Source: an uncultured Chloroflexia bacterium (GTDB taxonomy: Bacteria; Chloroflexota; Limnocylindria; Limnocylindrales; CSP1-4). From it: a stretch of 64,000 nt of DNA. The notes below the pieces were generated by a model. That model was not told the DNA's origin. It was given only the letters and a program-made list of their open reading frames with translations, and did no database searches. Position 1 is the stretch's first letter. Every line of letters starts with the position of its first letter. This document shows positions 39,022 through 48,262 of this stretch, one piece after another. The position numbers and the translations under genes were made by a program. The DNA lies in the NCBI GenBank assembly GCA_963837215.1, contig CAWIML010000009.1:295058-359057 (forward strand), in the 5' to 3' direction.

Positions 39022-40705
39022 GGTCGCGTGCCAGGTAGGCCTCAGCGATGCGGTCGGCCGTCACGCGCGCGTCATAGGTGCCGGTGATGGCCAGCAGGAA
39101 GGCGTCGCGGTCGAGCGCCTGCAGCTCGACGTCGGTCAACGCCGTGACGGTCGCCGTACGCGGCACCGCGCGCATCAGCGCGATCTCCCCGAAGGCGTCG
39201 CCGCGCTCCAACTGGCGCAGCTGGCGCCCGTCCTGGCTGACGGCCAGCCGACCCCGTTCGACGACATAGAAGCGGTCGCCGACATCCCCCTGCCTGATGA
39301 CATCGCTGCCGCCTGCGTGGAGGATCGGTACCAGCGCGCGGGCGGCCGCTTCCAACGCCGGCGCCGGCACCGGGGCGAAGAGCGGCAGGCTCCGAAGCAG
39401 TCGGATCTCGAGCGTCGGTACACGGATGCGCCCCTCGGCGCGGCCCAGTCGGAACCAGGCGACGACCGCCCCGATCGGCAGCACAGCCGCGATCACGGCA
39501 AAGGTCGCCGGGAGGCCGATCCGTTGGACGAGGATGGCGGGCAGGATGGAGCCGACGGCGAGACCGGCCATGGCGAAGCCCTCGACGAGCCCGAAGACGC
39601 CAGCCAGGACATCATCAGGCACGATGCGTTGGAGGAGGGTCCGGCCGGCGACGTCGACGAGAGCAAGGCTGACGCCGCAGACCACCATCAGGCCCGCCGC
39701 CGCAGTCGCCGACTGGGCGAGTGGGGCCGCCAGCAGACCGAGTCCGAAGACGACGGCACCCAGCGCGAGCCACGGCGAGAGTCGGCCTCGACCAACCAGG
39801 ACGAGGGTCAGCGCGCCGCCGACCACGCCGCCGAGCCCGACGGCAGCCGTCAGGTAGCCGGCCCCGGCGCCTCCGATCTCGAGGACCTCGATGGCCAGCA
39901 GCACGAGCAGGACGTCGATGGCACCGATCATGACGTAGCGGGCGCCGAGCATGATGACCAGCAGCCGCTGGTCGGCATCGCGGCTGACCTGTCGGATGCC
40001 CTCGAAGAAGGAAGGCTGAGGCGCCGGGCGCGATCCGACCCGCGGGACATCGGGCGTGGCCGGGTCGCTGGCCGTTCGTTCGGGAGCGACGTCGGCCGCG
40101 CGGTGCGGTCGGAGCCGAAACGCCAGGAGCGTGGACAGGCTCACGAGGACGGCGCACACGATGAAGACCTGGCCCGGCTGTCCCGCGACCAGCATCAGCC
40201 CGGCCAGGATGGGCCCGATGAGCACGCCGAGCCCGTCGATGATGGTCGAGACGGCGTTGCCGGCCGTGACCTCCTGGGCGGTGTCGGCATAGGCGGGCAC
40301 GAGTGCCGCCTGGAGCGGCCGGGCGATGGTCAGGCTGCAGGAGTAGGCGACGGCGATCAGATAGACGAGCGCCGCGGGCAAGCCGATCAGCATCGCCGCC
40401 CCGACGGCCAGCGTCGTCAGTGCCAGCGCACCGTAGCCGGCCACGAGCAGGCGATCCCGACGATATCGATCACCGAGGCTGTTGACGAGCGGCGCGAAGA
40501 AGGCGGCCGGCACCAGCTGGCCGAACGCCACCAACCCGACCGAGGCTGGACCGGTCGCGTCGTAGGCGTAGACCAGGAGCGCGACCCAGGTTCCGTATTC
40601 GAGGATCGAAAAGCCCAGATACGCGAGAGCCATCCGGCGGAGGTCGTGGTTGCGGAGCACCGCGACGAAGGCACGCAGGGACGCACGGAGGCGGCTGGCG
40701 GGCAT
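39011..40705 (-). CDS. MFS transporter fused to a C-terminal cyclic-nucleotide-binding (cNMP/CAP-type) domain.
   Basis: Twelve TM MFS body followed by LRSLPLFAPVP...GDRFYVVERGRLAV...GDAFGEIAL...RTATVTALTDVELQALDRDAF. Confidence 0.8.
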   Translation of the reverse strand: MPASRLRASLRAFVAVLRNHDLRRMALAYLGFSILEYGTWVALLVYAYDATGPASVGLVAFGQLVPAAFFAPLVNSLGDRYRRDRLLVAGYGALALTTLAVGAAMLIGLPAALVYLIAVAYSCSLTIARPLQAALVPAYADTAQEVTAGNAVSTIIDGLGVLIGPILAGLMLVAGQPGQVFIVCAVLVSLSTLLAFRLRPHRAADVAPERTASDPATPDVPRVGSRPAPQPSFFEGIRQVSRDADQRLLVIMLGARYVMIGAIDVLLVLLAIEVLEIGGAGAGYLTAAVGLGGVVGGALTLVLVGRGRLSPWLALGAVVFGLGLLAAPLAQSATAAAGLMVVCGVSLALVDVAGRTLLQRIVPDDVLAGVFGLVEGFAMAGLAVGSILPAILVQRIGLPATFAVIAAVLPIGAVVAWFRLGRAEGRIRVPTLEIRLLRSLPLFAPVPAPALEAAARALVPILHAGGSDVIRQGDVGDRFYVVERGRLAVSQDGRQLRQLERGDAFGEIALMRAVPRTATVTALTDVELQALDRDAFLLAITGTYDARVTADRIAEAYLARDRDG

Positions 40706-40764
40706 GCCGTAAGCATCGCGTATCCGGCCACGGCTGCACACCTCCTGGCGGTACCCTCTTCGGC

Positions 40765-41223
40765 GTGACGATCCAGAAGGACCACGTCTCGTGGGACGGT
40801 CTGGCCGAGATGGTCGGGCGCCTCGCCGAGCAGGTCGGTGGCGGGTACGACGTGATGCTGGTCATCACCCGCGGTGGTCTCGTTCCGGGCGGCATGCTGG
40901 CCTACCGGCTGGGCATCCGGAACATCCTCGTGGCGGCCGTCGAGTACTACGACGAACATGGCCGACCGGGGCCGCACCCGACCTTCCTGCAGTTCCCGGC
41001 GGACCCGTTGCTGCGCGGTCAGCGCGTCCTCGTCGTGGACGAGGTCTGGGACAGCGGCACCACCATCCACGCCGTGACCGAGCGCGTCCGCCAGGCGGGC
41101 GGCGAGCCGACGACCGCGGTCCTGCACTACAAGCCCGTCAGATCGGTCGTGTCGGGCGAGCCTGACCATCACGTGGTCGAGACCGCGAACTGGGTGGTCT
41201 ACCCGTTCAAGGTCGGCGATTGA
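40765..41223 (+). CDS. Type-I purine phosphoribosyltransferase (xanthine/hypoxanthine-guanine PRT-like).
   Basis: PRPP-binding motif VLVVDEVWDSGTT; 152 aa. Confidence 0.8.
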   Translation: MTIQKDHVSWDGLAEMVGRLAEQVGGGYDVMLVITRGGLVPGGMLAYRLGIRNILVAAVEYYDEHGRPGPHPTFLQFPADPLLRGQRVLVVDEVWDSGTTIHAVTERVRQAGGEPTTAVLHYKPVRSVVSGEPDHHVVETANWVVYPFKVGD

Positions 41224-41266
41224 CCGCTCGAGGACGCACCGCGATTGGTACCATGCGCGGCCAGCG

Positions 41267-42238
41267 ATGAAATCGAGCACCGACCTCTTCACGCGCTCGC
41301 CGCACAACCCGATCATCACCGCCGCCGCGCTCCCGTACCCGGCCAACAGCGTCTTCAACCCGGGAGCTGCTCAGGTCGACGGCCAGACGGTCCTCCTCCT
41401 GCGGGTCGAGGATCGGCGCGGCATCTCGCACCTCACGGTCGCGCGCAGCGCGGACGGCTACACCGACTGGACCTTCGACCCCGAGCCCAGCCTGCGCTCG
41501 GCACCCGAGCGCCACCCCGAAGAACTCTGGGGCCTCGAGGATCCACGCGTCACGTGGCTGCCGGATGAAGGCCACTTCGCCATCGCCTACACGGCCTACA
41601 GCCGGCGCGGGCCTCTGGTCTCGCTGGCGACCACGACCGACTTCCGGAGCTTCCGCCGACTGGGTCCGGTGATGCCGCCAGAGGATAAGGACGCGGCGCT
41701 CTTCCCACGCCGCTTCGACGGTCGCTGGCTGCTCGTTCATCGGCCAAGCCCATTGCACGGCAGCGCCAATATCTGGACCTCGGCCTCGCCCGACATGCGT
41801 CACTGGGGCGACCATCGGCTGCTCCTGGAGGCGCGCGACGGCGCCTGGTGGGATGCATCCAAGATCGGCCTCGGGCCGCCACCCCTCGAGACAGCGGAGG
41901 GCTGGCTGATGATGTACCACGGCGTCCACGTCACCGCGGCAGGCGCGCTCTACCGCAGCGGCCTGGTGCTGCTCGACCTGGACGACCCCAGCGTCATCCT
42001 CCATCGGAGCGATGACTGGGTGCTCAGCCCGACGGCACCGTACGAGCGCGCCGGGGACGTGGCCGACGTCGTCTTCCCGTGCGGTTGGTTGCTGGACCCC
42101 GAGGGCGATCTACTGCGCGTCTACTACGGCGCCGCGGACACGTCGATCGCGGTCGCGTCGGCCAGCCTCAGCGAAGTGCTGGACTACCTGCGGGCATGCC
42201 CCGCTCCCGCTCGCCGGGCGCAACTGGATCAGCCGTAG
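41267..42238 (+). CDS. GH130-family glycoside phosphorylase/hydrolase (5-bladed beta-propeller).
   Basis: Typical GH130 sequence (FNPGAAQVDGQTVLLLRVED, WGLEDPRVTWL, GWLMMYHGV, VFPCG). The C-terminus overlaps the convergent glycosidase gene by ~70 nt. Confidence 0.8.
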   Translation: MKSSTDLFTRSPHNPIITAAALPYPANSVFNPGAAQVDGQTVLLLRVEDRRGISHLTVARSADGYTDWTFDPEPSLRSAPERHPEELWGLEDPRVTWLPDEGHFAIAYTAYSRRGPLVSLATTTDFRSFRRLGPVMPPEDKDAALFPRRFDGRWLLVHRPSPLHGSANIWTSASPDMRHWGDHRLLLEARDGAWWDASKIGLGPPPLETAEGWLMMYHGVHVTAAGALYRSGLVLLDLDDPSVILHRSDDWVLSPTAPYERAGDVADVVFPCGWLLDPEGDLLRVYYGAADTSIAVASASLSEVLDYLRACPAPARRAQLDQP

Positions 42239-43277
42239 GCTGCGCCGGACGGCGGGCGCGCATGCGCTCCACCGCGACCAGCCAGGCGAGGGTCGACTCA
42301 GCGCCCTGGTTGGGGTTCAGGCCGCCTGATCCGAGGCCGTCATGGCAGGCGCCCTGCTCCGCATCGGCCACTGGCAGGCTGAGGTCGTTGGCGCCGGTGA
42401 ACCAGGCATAGGCGCGATCGGCCAGGCGGCCGAAGGCGACATCACCGGTGGCCATCTCCGCGGCCAGCGCGGCCTCGAGCATGGAGAGCGCCTCGATCGG
42501 CTGCTGGTCCCACTGCGCCGGTCGTCCGCCATGAGGCCACCAGCCGCGGTTGCCGATGGGCCTGAAATGCCCCGCCGGCGCGGTCTGGGCGCGGGCCAGC
42601 CAGCGCAAGACCTCGGCACCCCGCTCGACCCAGGCAGGGCGATCGAGCCGCCGACCGGCCTCGATCAGCGCCCGCGGCAGGACGGCGTTGTCGTAGGTGA
42701 CCAGGTCGTCCGGCCACGGCCAGGCGTCATCGTCGCCGGGCTTCGGCGTGAAGGCGGCCGCCAGTCGCTCGCCCAGCTCGACCAGGATCCGGCGGGCATC
42801 ACGTGATGCCGACCCTGCAGAGATCATGGCGTCGCATCCGAGCACGCTATACGCCCATGGGCGGAGGTGCCGAAGGTCGAGGCAGGCGGGCAGCGCCGCG
42901 GCGACGATGTCACTGGCCAGGCCCCGGACGGCATGGTCGGTCGTTCGCAGAGCGGTCTCGCCGAGCGCCGCGACCGCCCGGCCGTGGCTGTCCTCGGAGC
43001 CGATCTCCTCGAGCCACCGACCATCCGCTGCTCGGAAGTTGCGGAAGCGCCCGTGACGCGGCTCGAAGGCCTCGTCCAGGAAGGCGAGGTGTCGGCGGAT
43101 CGATCGCGCCACTGTCTGGCTGTCTTCCCGTTCGGCATGCAGGATGTCGGCCACCAACGCGCGCGCCACATCGTCCGTGCAGTAGCCGTGGTCGAGGTCG
43201 GGGGTGGCTCCGACCGCGTGCTGGGCGACACCGAGGTCGTCGCTGAGGCGGCCGAGATGGCGTCGCACCGGCGGCAT
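42168..43277 (-). CDS. Six-hairpin (alpha/alpha)6 glycosidase (GH63 / mannosylglycerate-hydrolase-like or GDE_C-like).
   Basis: The ORF is protein-like with helical-repeat character and sits between a GT4 and a GH130 gene. The family assignment is tentative. Confidence 0.55.
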   Translation of the reverse strand: MPPVRRHLGRLSDDLGVAQHAVGATPDLDHGYCTDDVARALVADILHAEREDSQTVARSIRRHLAFLDEAFEPRHGRFRNFRAADGRWLEEIGSEDSHGRAVAALGETALRTTDHAVRGLASDIVAAALPACLDLRHLRPWAYSVLGCDAMISAGSASRDARRILVELGERLAAAFTPKPGDDDAWPWPDDLVTYDNAVLPRALIEAGRRLDRPAWVERGAEVLRWLARAQTAPAGHFRPIGNRGWWPHGGRPAQWDQQPIEALSMLEAALAAEMATGDVAFGRLADRAYAWFTGANDLSLPVADAEQGACHDGLGSGGLNPNQGAESTLAWLVAVERMRARRPAQPTADPVAPGERERGMPAGSPALR

Positions 43278-43289
43278 GTCCTGGGCGAC

Positions 43290-44626
43290 CTCGCCGGGGA
43301 TCGTGGACGGCTAGGACGAGCGATGGGGATCGTCATCCACGACCGCCTGTCGTCGACGGCACCGTGCGCAGCGGCCGCGGCGAGCATCGCCAGATGCTGT
43401 GCGCCGACCTCCCGCCAGACCATGGCACGGGCGTGCTCCCAGGCCCGCCGTCGCATCCCGTCTCGTACCGCGCGGTCGCCCAGGAGCAGCCCGAGTGCGT
43501 CCGTCAGCGAGCCGACGTCGTCGAACGGGGTCAGCATCCCGCGGCCGTCAGCCAGCAGCTCCTGCGCGTACTCATACGGCGTGGAGACGATCGCCTTCCC
43601 CGCCGCCAAGGCGTAGGCCAGGGTGCCAGAGACGGCCTGCTGGGCGGATCCGTACGGTGTCACGAAGATGTCGCTGGCCAGCAACCAGTCCATCAGATCG
43701 GCCTGGTCGACATAGGCATCGACGAATCGGACGTGGTCCTCGAGGTCGAGCTGTCGGATGCGCTCCTGCAGCATCGTCCGGTAGGTCTCGCCATGCCGCC
43801 GGCGAACCTCGGGGTGCGTGGCGCCGACGATGACGAAGGTCGCCTCCGGCACGGTCGGGACGATCCGGGCCATGGCCTCGATGACCAGCTCGAAGCGCTT
43901 GTTCGGGCTGAGCAGCCCGAAGCCGAGGACCACGGTCCGTCCGGTCAGGTCGAACCGGTCCTTGACCCGAGCCGGGTCGATGAAGGGCAGGTCGGGCACG
44001 CCGTGCGGCATGACCGCGATGCTCGCCATGGGGATGCCGTATCGCTCGACCATCACTTGCCGACTGCGCTCCGAGAGCACCACGAGGGCGGATGATCGTC
44101 GAGCCAGTTCTTCGACGACCATGCGCTGGCCGGCGGTGGGCTGCGGCAGGACGGTATGGAAGGTGGTCACCAGGGGAGCGTCGAGCGCCCGAACAAGGGT
44201 CAGGACATGCCGGCCGTCTTCGCCGCCGAAGATCCCGAACTCGTGTTGCAGCGAGACGACCGAAGCGTGGGCGTCGAGCACCTGCGCCGCGTCGCGGTAG
44301 GCCGCAGGGTCATCGGCGTCGACGACGACGCGGACCTCTGGCGGGTAGGCCAGGTCGGCTTCGTCCACGTGGAGCGCCGCCACGTGGGCCGTGATGCCGC
44401 GTCGCGTGTCGCCTTCGAAGCTTGTGTCGCCGGCTGCCTCGCGCATGCCGGCCAGCAGGTCGCGCGTGAACGTGGCGATGCCACAGTGGCGCGGCACATA
44501 TGTCGATACGAAGCCGGCCTGCAGGGTCCTGTCGCCGAGGGCGGTGTTCCCGAGAAGGCCGACGACCCGGTCGAAACCGGGTAGCAGTGGTTGTCCCACC
44601 GCATCACCACCTTTCGGCAGCGGCAA
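43290..44626 (-). CDS. GT4-family glycosyltransferase.
   Basis: N-terminal VSTYVPRHCGIATFTRDL and C-terminal GT-B motifs (TFVIVGATHPE, DIFVTPY, E-x7-E region). The real C-terminus is near 43300; the ORF tail beyond it is GC-driven read-through. Confidence 0.75.
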
Positions 44627-44807
44627 CCCCGGCCATGCGTCTCCCGCGCCAGGATCTGTCGGCTGAGCCGTGATTGTAGCCTGCGTTCGGGATCCAGGCT
44701 TGTGACGAGTCGCCGTTCGATGGTGTCAGGTGTGTGTCAACGGTGTTCGGAGTCAACGGCCTGCAAGCCATACGTCGGCTTGTACGCCCCGCGATCGTGC
44801 GGCGGCG

Positions 44808-46148
44808 TCAGGTGGGCGCGCCCTCCAGGGTCGCGGTCGGCTCGGCCGTCAGGCGCACGCCGCGGGTGATGAGCCAGAAGGCCACGGTGGCGGCGATGAC
44901 GATGAACGCGAAGAAGACGAAGGGGTAGCGTTCGTCGATCGAGAAGAGCCAGCCGGCGGCCAGCGAAGAGGCGATGAAGGCGACCGTGCCGGCCGATCCA
45001 TAGATGCCTTGCGCCGTCGAGGCCAGGCCGATGGGCGTGCCGATGGCCACGACCGCATAGAGGGCGGGGCCGAGGAACGCCTCGGCGGCGCCCTCGATGA
45101 CGATGACCCCGCCCGGCAGGAAGGGTTCCCAGGCGAGAGCGTAGAGGAAGCCGCAGGTCGCAACCGCCAGACCGCCGACGACGACGTACGGTGTGGCACC
45201 GTGGCGGTCGACGAGCCGGCCGCCAAGCGGCGCCAGCAGGACGACCGGTAGCGCGAAGAGCACGTAGGTCAGACCGATCCATTCGACCGACCCGCCGAGG
45301 TCTTGCAGATAGAGGGCCCAGACCACTTCGTAGACGCCGATCGCGAAGTAGATGCCGAAGTTCATGATCAGCGCGGCCACGAAGGGGCGGTTCCAGAGCT
45401 CGCGCAGCGGCGCACGCGTCGGCGGCTCGAGCCGGCTGGCCTCGATCACGCGTTGGGCGACCTCGGGCGAGTCCGGGCCGAGCTGGGCGTAGGAGCCTTC
45501 GGTCAGCGGAGCCCGACGAGATGTGGGGCGCGGACCGGCGGTCGGGTGGGCAGCCTGGACCCGTGGGTGGAACGCGACGAAGAGGTAGACGACCGCGACC
45601 ATACAGCTGACGCCGGCAGCCACGAACGCGAAGGCGAAGGATCCGACGGCCGCCGCACCGACGGCGCCGATGACTGGCCCGAAGATGAAGCCGCCCATCT
45701 GGGCCGCCGAGTAGAGTCCGAAGGCCTCGCCGCGCTCGTCATCCTCGGTCTCGTCGACGATCGTGCCGCGCGCCGCCGGGTCGTACATGCTGACCGCGAG
45801 CCCGGAGATGAAACGAAGGATGAAGAGCTCGAGCGGCGCGTGGAAGGCGAGCGGCAGGAGCGTGCTGAAGGTCAACACCACGAGCCCGCCGAGCATCAGC
45901 GCTCGGCGCGAGGTCCGGTCGGCCAACCAGCCGAAGATCGGTTCGAAGATGAGCCGGGCGGCCGGCCAGGCGGCCAGGATGACGCCCAGCGTGGTCGTGT
46001 CCACGCCCTGCTCGACCACGTAGAGCGGCAGGACCGGGAGCAGCGCGCCGAAGCCGACGACCGCCACGAACTCGGCCACGAAGATGGGCACGATCGGGCG
46101 CCAGCGGTCGTTCCATCGCCGGGCACGGCCGATGGGATCGAAGGTCAT
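44808..46148 (-). CDS. MFS transporter.
   Basis: Twelve TM helices with an MFS loop motif (GWLADRTSRR); start at MTFDPIGR. Confidence 0.8.
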   Translation of the reverse strand: MTFDPIGRARRWNDRWRPIVPIFVAEFVAVVGFGALLPVLPLYVVEQGVDTTTLGVILAAWPAARLIFEPIFGWLADRTSRRALMLGGLVVLTFSTLLPLAFHAPLELFILRFISGLAVSMYDPAARGTIVDETEDDERGEAFGLYSAAQMGGFIFGPVIGAVGAAAVGSFAFAFVAAGVSCMVAVVYLFVAFHPRVQAAHPTAGPRPTSRRAPLTEGSYAQLGPDSPEVAQRVIEASRLEPPTRAPLRELWNRPFVAALIMNFGIYFAIGVYEVVWALYLQDLGGSVEWIGLTYVLFALPVVLLAPLGGRLVDRHGATPYVVVGGLAVATCGFLYALAWEPFLPGGVIVIEGAAEAFLGPALYAVVAIGTPIGLASTAQGIYGSAGTVAFIASSLAAGWLFSIDERYPFVFFAFIVIAATVAFWLITRGVRLTAEPTATLEGAPT

Positions 46149-46261
46149 GCAGGTCAGCTCGCACCGGCGGGTGCCCACTCCCCGCTTGCCGGATCCGTCG
46201 GGGAAGGTCCTCCGCCGGACGGCCTCGGCGGAGGGTCGCCCTCCATGGTACCGGCGGCGGT

Positions 46262-46889
46262 ATGGTGGACGGCATGGCACCGACCTCCCAGCCTCATCGC
46301 GACGTCCGCGTCGTGCTCGCCCACGGCGCCTCGGGCGATGCTGCCTCGATGCGCCCGCACGTCGACGGCCTCCGTGACCGGGGCATCGACGCTCACGCTA
46401 TCGACCTGCCGAAACGCAAGGCAGAGGACGCCGTGCCCGCCTACGTGGCTGCACTCGCCGCCCTGCCGCCGATGCCGGCCGGTCGGGGTCTCGTCGTCGG
46501 CGGCCACTCCTACGGCGGGCGGGTGGCCTCCCTCCTGGTCGCGGGCGTCAATGTGCCCGCCGATGTCGGAGCCGGTGAGGCCGCAGCAGCCGCCCCGCCC
46601 GTCGATCGTCGGCGGGCTCGTGTGCTTCTCCTACCCACTCCACCTGCCCGGCCGGCCGGAGCGCGGACTGCGTACCGAGCATTGGCCGGCGATCACCGTC
46701 CCGACGCTCATCCTGGAAGGGGAGTCAGACCCGTTCGCCCGCATCGAGCTCCTCCGCGGCGCGATGTCGCTGCTGGCGCAGGGGCGGCTGGTGACCTATC
46801 CCCGCCTCGGGCATGGGCTCGTGCCGGTCCTCGATCAGGCGCTCGATGCCCTCGTGAGCTGGCTCGACGATGTGGTGTCGCCCGGATGA
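46262..46889 (+). CDS. Alpha/beta hydrolase (KANL3/Tex30, dienelactone-hydrolase-like); one frame change at ~46600.
   Basis: VVLAHGASGD...GGHSYGGRVASLL in ORF 46262..47179. The C-terminal ILEGESDPF...YPRLGHGL is in the tail of ORF 45303..46889. Confidence 0.7.
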
Positions 46890-47179
46890 GCCTCGTGATC
46901 GCCGACGCGCCGGCGGCAGGTCGCTACGAGGCACATCTCGATGACCAGCTGGCCGGAGTGCTCGAGTACGTGGTCGAGGAAGGGCAGATCGACCTCGTGC
47001 ACACCGAGGTCGCACCAAGCCACGAAGGGCAGGGGATCGGCGCGGCGCTGGCCCGTTTCGCGCTCGACGATGCGCGACGGCGCAGGCTTCGGGTCATCGC
47101 AAGCTGCCCCTACGTGCGGGCCTACCTGGCCAAGCACCCCGAGGATCACGATATCGTCGTCGCGATGGACGCCGGCTGA
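46886..47179 (+). CDS. Small GNAT-family N-acetyltransferase (YjdJ-type, 97 aa).
   Basis: ATGA overlap with the hydrolase. The motif-A region EGQGIGAALARFALDDARRRRLRVIASCPYV. Confidence 0.7.
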   Translation: MSLVIADAPAAGRYEAHLDDQLAGVLEYVVEEGQIDLVHTEVAPSHEGQGIGAALARFALDDARRRRLRVIASCPYVRAYLAKHPEDHDIVVAMDAG

Positions 47180-47198
47180 CGCGGCTCGGCCGCCCGCG

Positions 47199-47615
47199 TC
47201 AGCGCGGCAGACGCTCCCATTCGACCCAGCGGCTGCCATCCCACCAACGGTGCCAGGTCAGGCCATCGAGGCCGCGGGCGAAGACGTCCAACCGGTCGGG
47301 TCCCCAGCTCGAGGCGGCCACGTCGCCCGTCAGCTCGCCGCCGAGCGACTCCCAGGGATGCCAGCTGATGCCGTCCCAGTAGCGATCCCAGAGCTGGCCG
47401 TCTTCCAGGACGGCGAAGGCCTCCATCTGATCCACGGCCCAGGCGGTCACCGCTGGCGGGGAGGCCAGCTGGCCGCCGAGCGACTCGGGCTCGGACCAGT
47501 CGACGCCATCGCCCACCTGGTGCCAGAGGGCGCCGTCGGCGCCTCGCCAGAACCGGTCGATGCGACCGGGTCCCCAGGAGACCGCGACCTGCCCGTCCAT
47601 CCCCTCGACCTCCAC
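47199..47615 (-). CDS. Trp-rich tandem-repeat mini-protein (3 x ~45 aa; propeller-blade/lectin-like repeats).
   Basis: Repeating W..W.G.DG.LWH...G..WS..ESLGG.L unit (SWGPGRIDRFWRGADGALWH / SWGPDRLDVFARGLDGLTWH). Confidence 0.5.
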   Translation of the reverse strand: MEVEGMDGQVAVSWGPGRIDRFWRGADGALWHQVGDGVDWSEPESLGGQLASPPAVTAWAVDQMEAFAVLEDGQLWDRYWDGISWHPWESLGGELTGDVAASSWGPDRLDVFARGLDGLTWHRWWDGSRWVEWERLPR

Positions 47616-47627
47616 GTTCGTCGATGG

Positions 47628-48194
47628 TCAGCGTACGCCGACCAGCGCTGAACGGAACGGCGCCAGCGTCGCGTCACGGAGGACGAAGGTGATCTCGCGC
47701 AGCGTGGCGGTGGTGTGGAGCTCGACCTGCGTCGTGGCGACAGCGATGCGCGCGGCGTCGGCCAGCGGATAGCCGTAGATGCCGGCGCTGATGGCGGGCA
47801 GGGTCAGGGACCTCGCCCCGAGCTCGTCCGCCAGACGAACGCAACTCCGATAGGCAGAAGCCAGGAGCTCAGCCTCATGGCTCCGACCCCCACCCCAGAC
47901 GGGGCCCACGGCGTGGATGACCCACCGCGCAGGCAGGCGACCCGCAGTCGTGGCGACGGCGGTACCCGTCGGCGTTCCGTCGGGAAAGCGGTTGCGCAGC
48001 TCGGCCATGATGGCCGTCCCACCGGCCGCATGGATAGCGCCATCGACGCCGCCTCCGCCCATCAACGAGCTGTTGGCCGCGTTCCCGATCGCGTCGGCCG
48101 GGATGGCGGTGATGTCGCCGACCACGATGGCGAGCCGCGCGGTGCCGATAGCCAGGACGTCCGATGAGGTACCCAAGCCGTCATCTTGGACCAT
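47628..48194 (-). CDS. Macro-domain protein (ADP-ribose / O-acetyl-ADP-ribose binding and hydrolase, MacroD/YmdB-like).
   Basis: GDITAIPADAIGNAANSSLMGGGGVDGAIHAAGG...GRLPARWVIHAVGPVW...AISAGIYGYP. Confidence 0.85.
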   Translation of the reverse strand: MVQDDGLGTSSDVLAIGTARLAIVVGDITAIPADAIGNAANSSLMGGGGVDGAIHAAGGTAIMAELRNRFPDGTPTGTAVATTAGRLPARWVIHAVGPVWGGGRSHEAELLASAYRSCVRLADELGARSLTLPAISAGIYGYPLADAARIAVATTQVELHTTATLREITFVLRDATLAPFRSALVGVR

Positions 48195-48262
48195 CCGTCC
48201 TCGGATCGGTCACGTCGCCCAGCGCCAGCCCACCGGATCGCCCTTCGCGGTATCGTCAGCGC

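Noticed and set aside
38606-40768. 720-aa plus-strand ORF.
   Set aside because: Antisense to the MttB and MFS-cNMP genes. It has a Gly/Arg/Asp low-complexity translation.
43278-43330. Translational fusion of the GT4 glycosyltransferase to the downstream six-hairpin glycosidase.
   Set aside because: The glycosidase frame is closed by a TAG at 43311..43313 just upstream of its ATG (43277). The GT4 frame continues without a stop but becomes non-protein-like after ~43320. Separate genes with a lost or shifted GT4 stop are more likely, though a frame-break artefact cannot be excluded.
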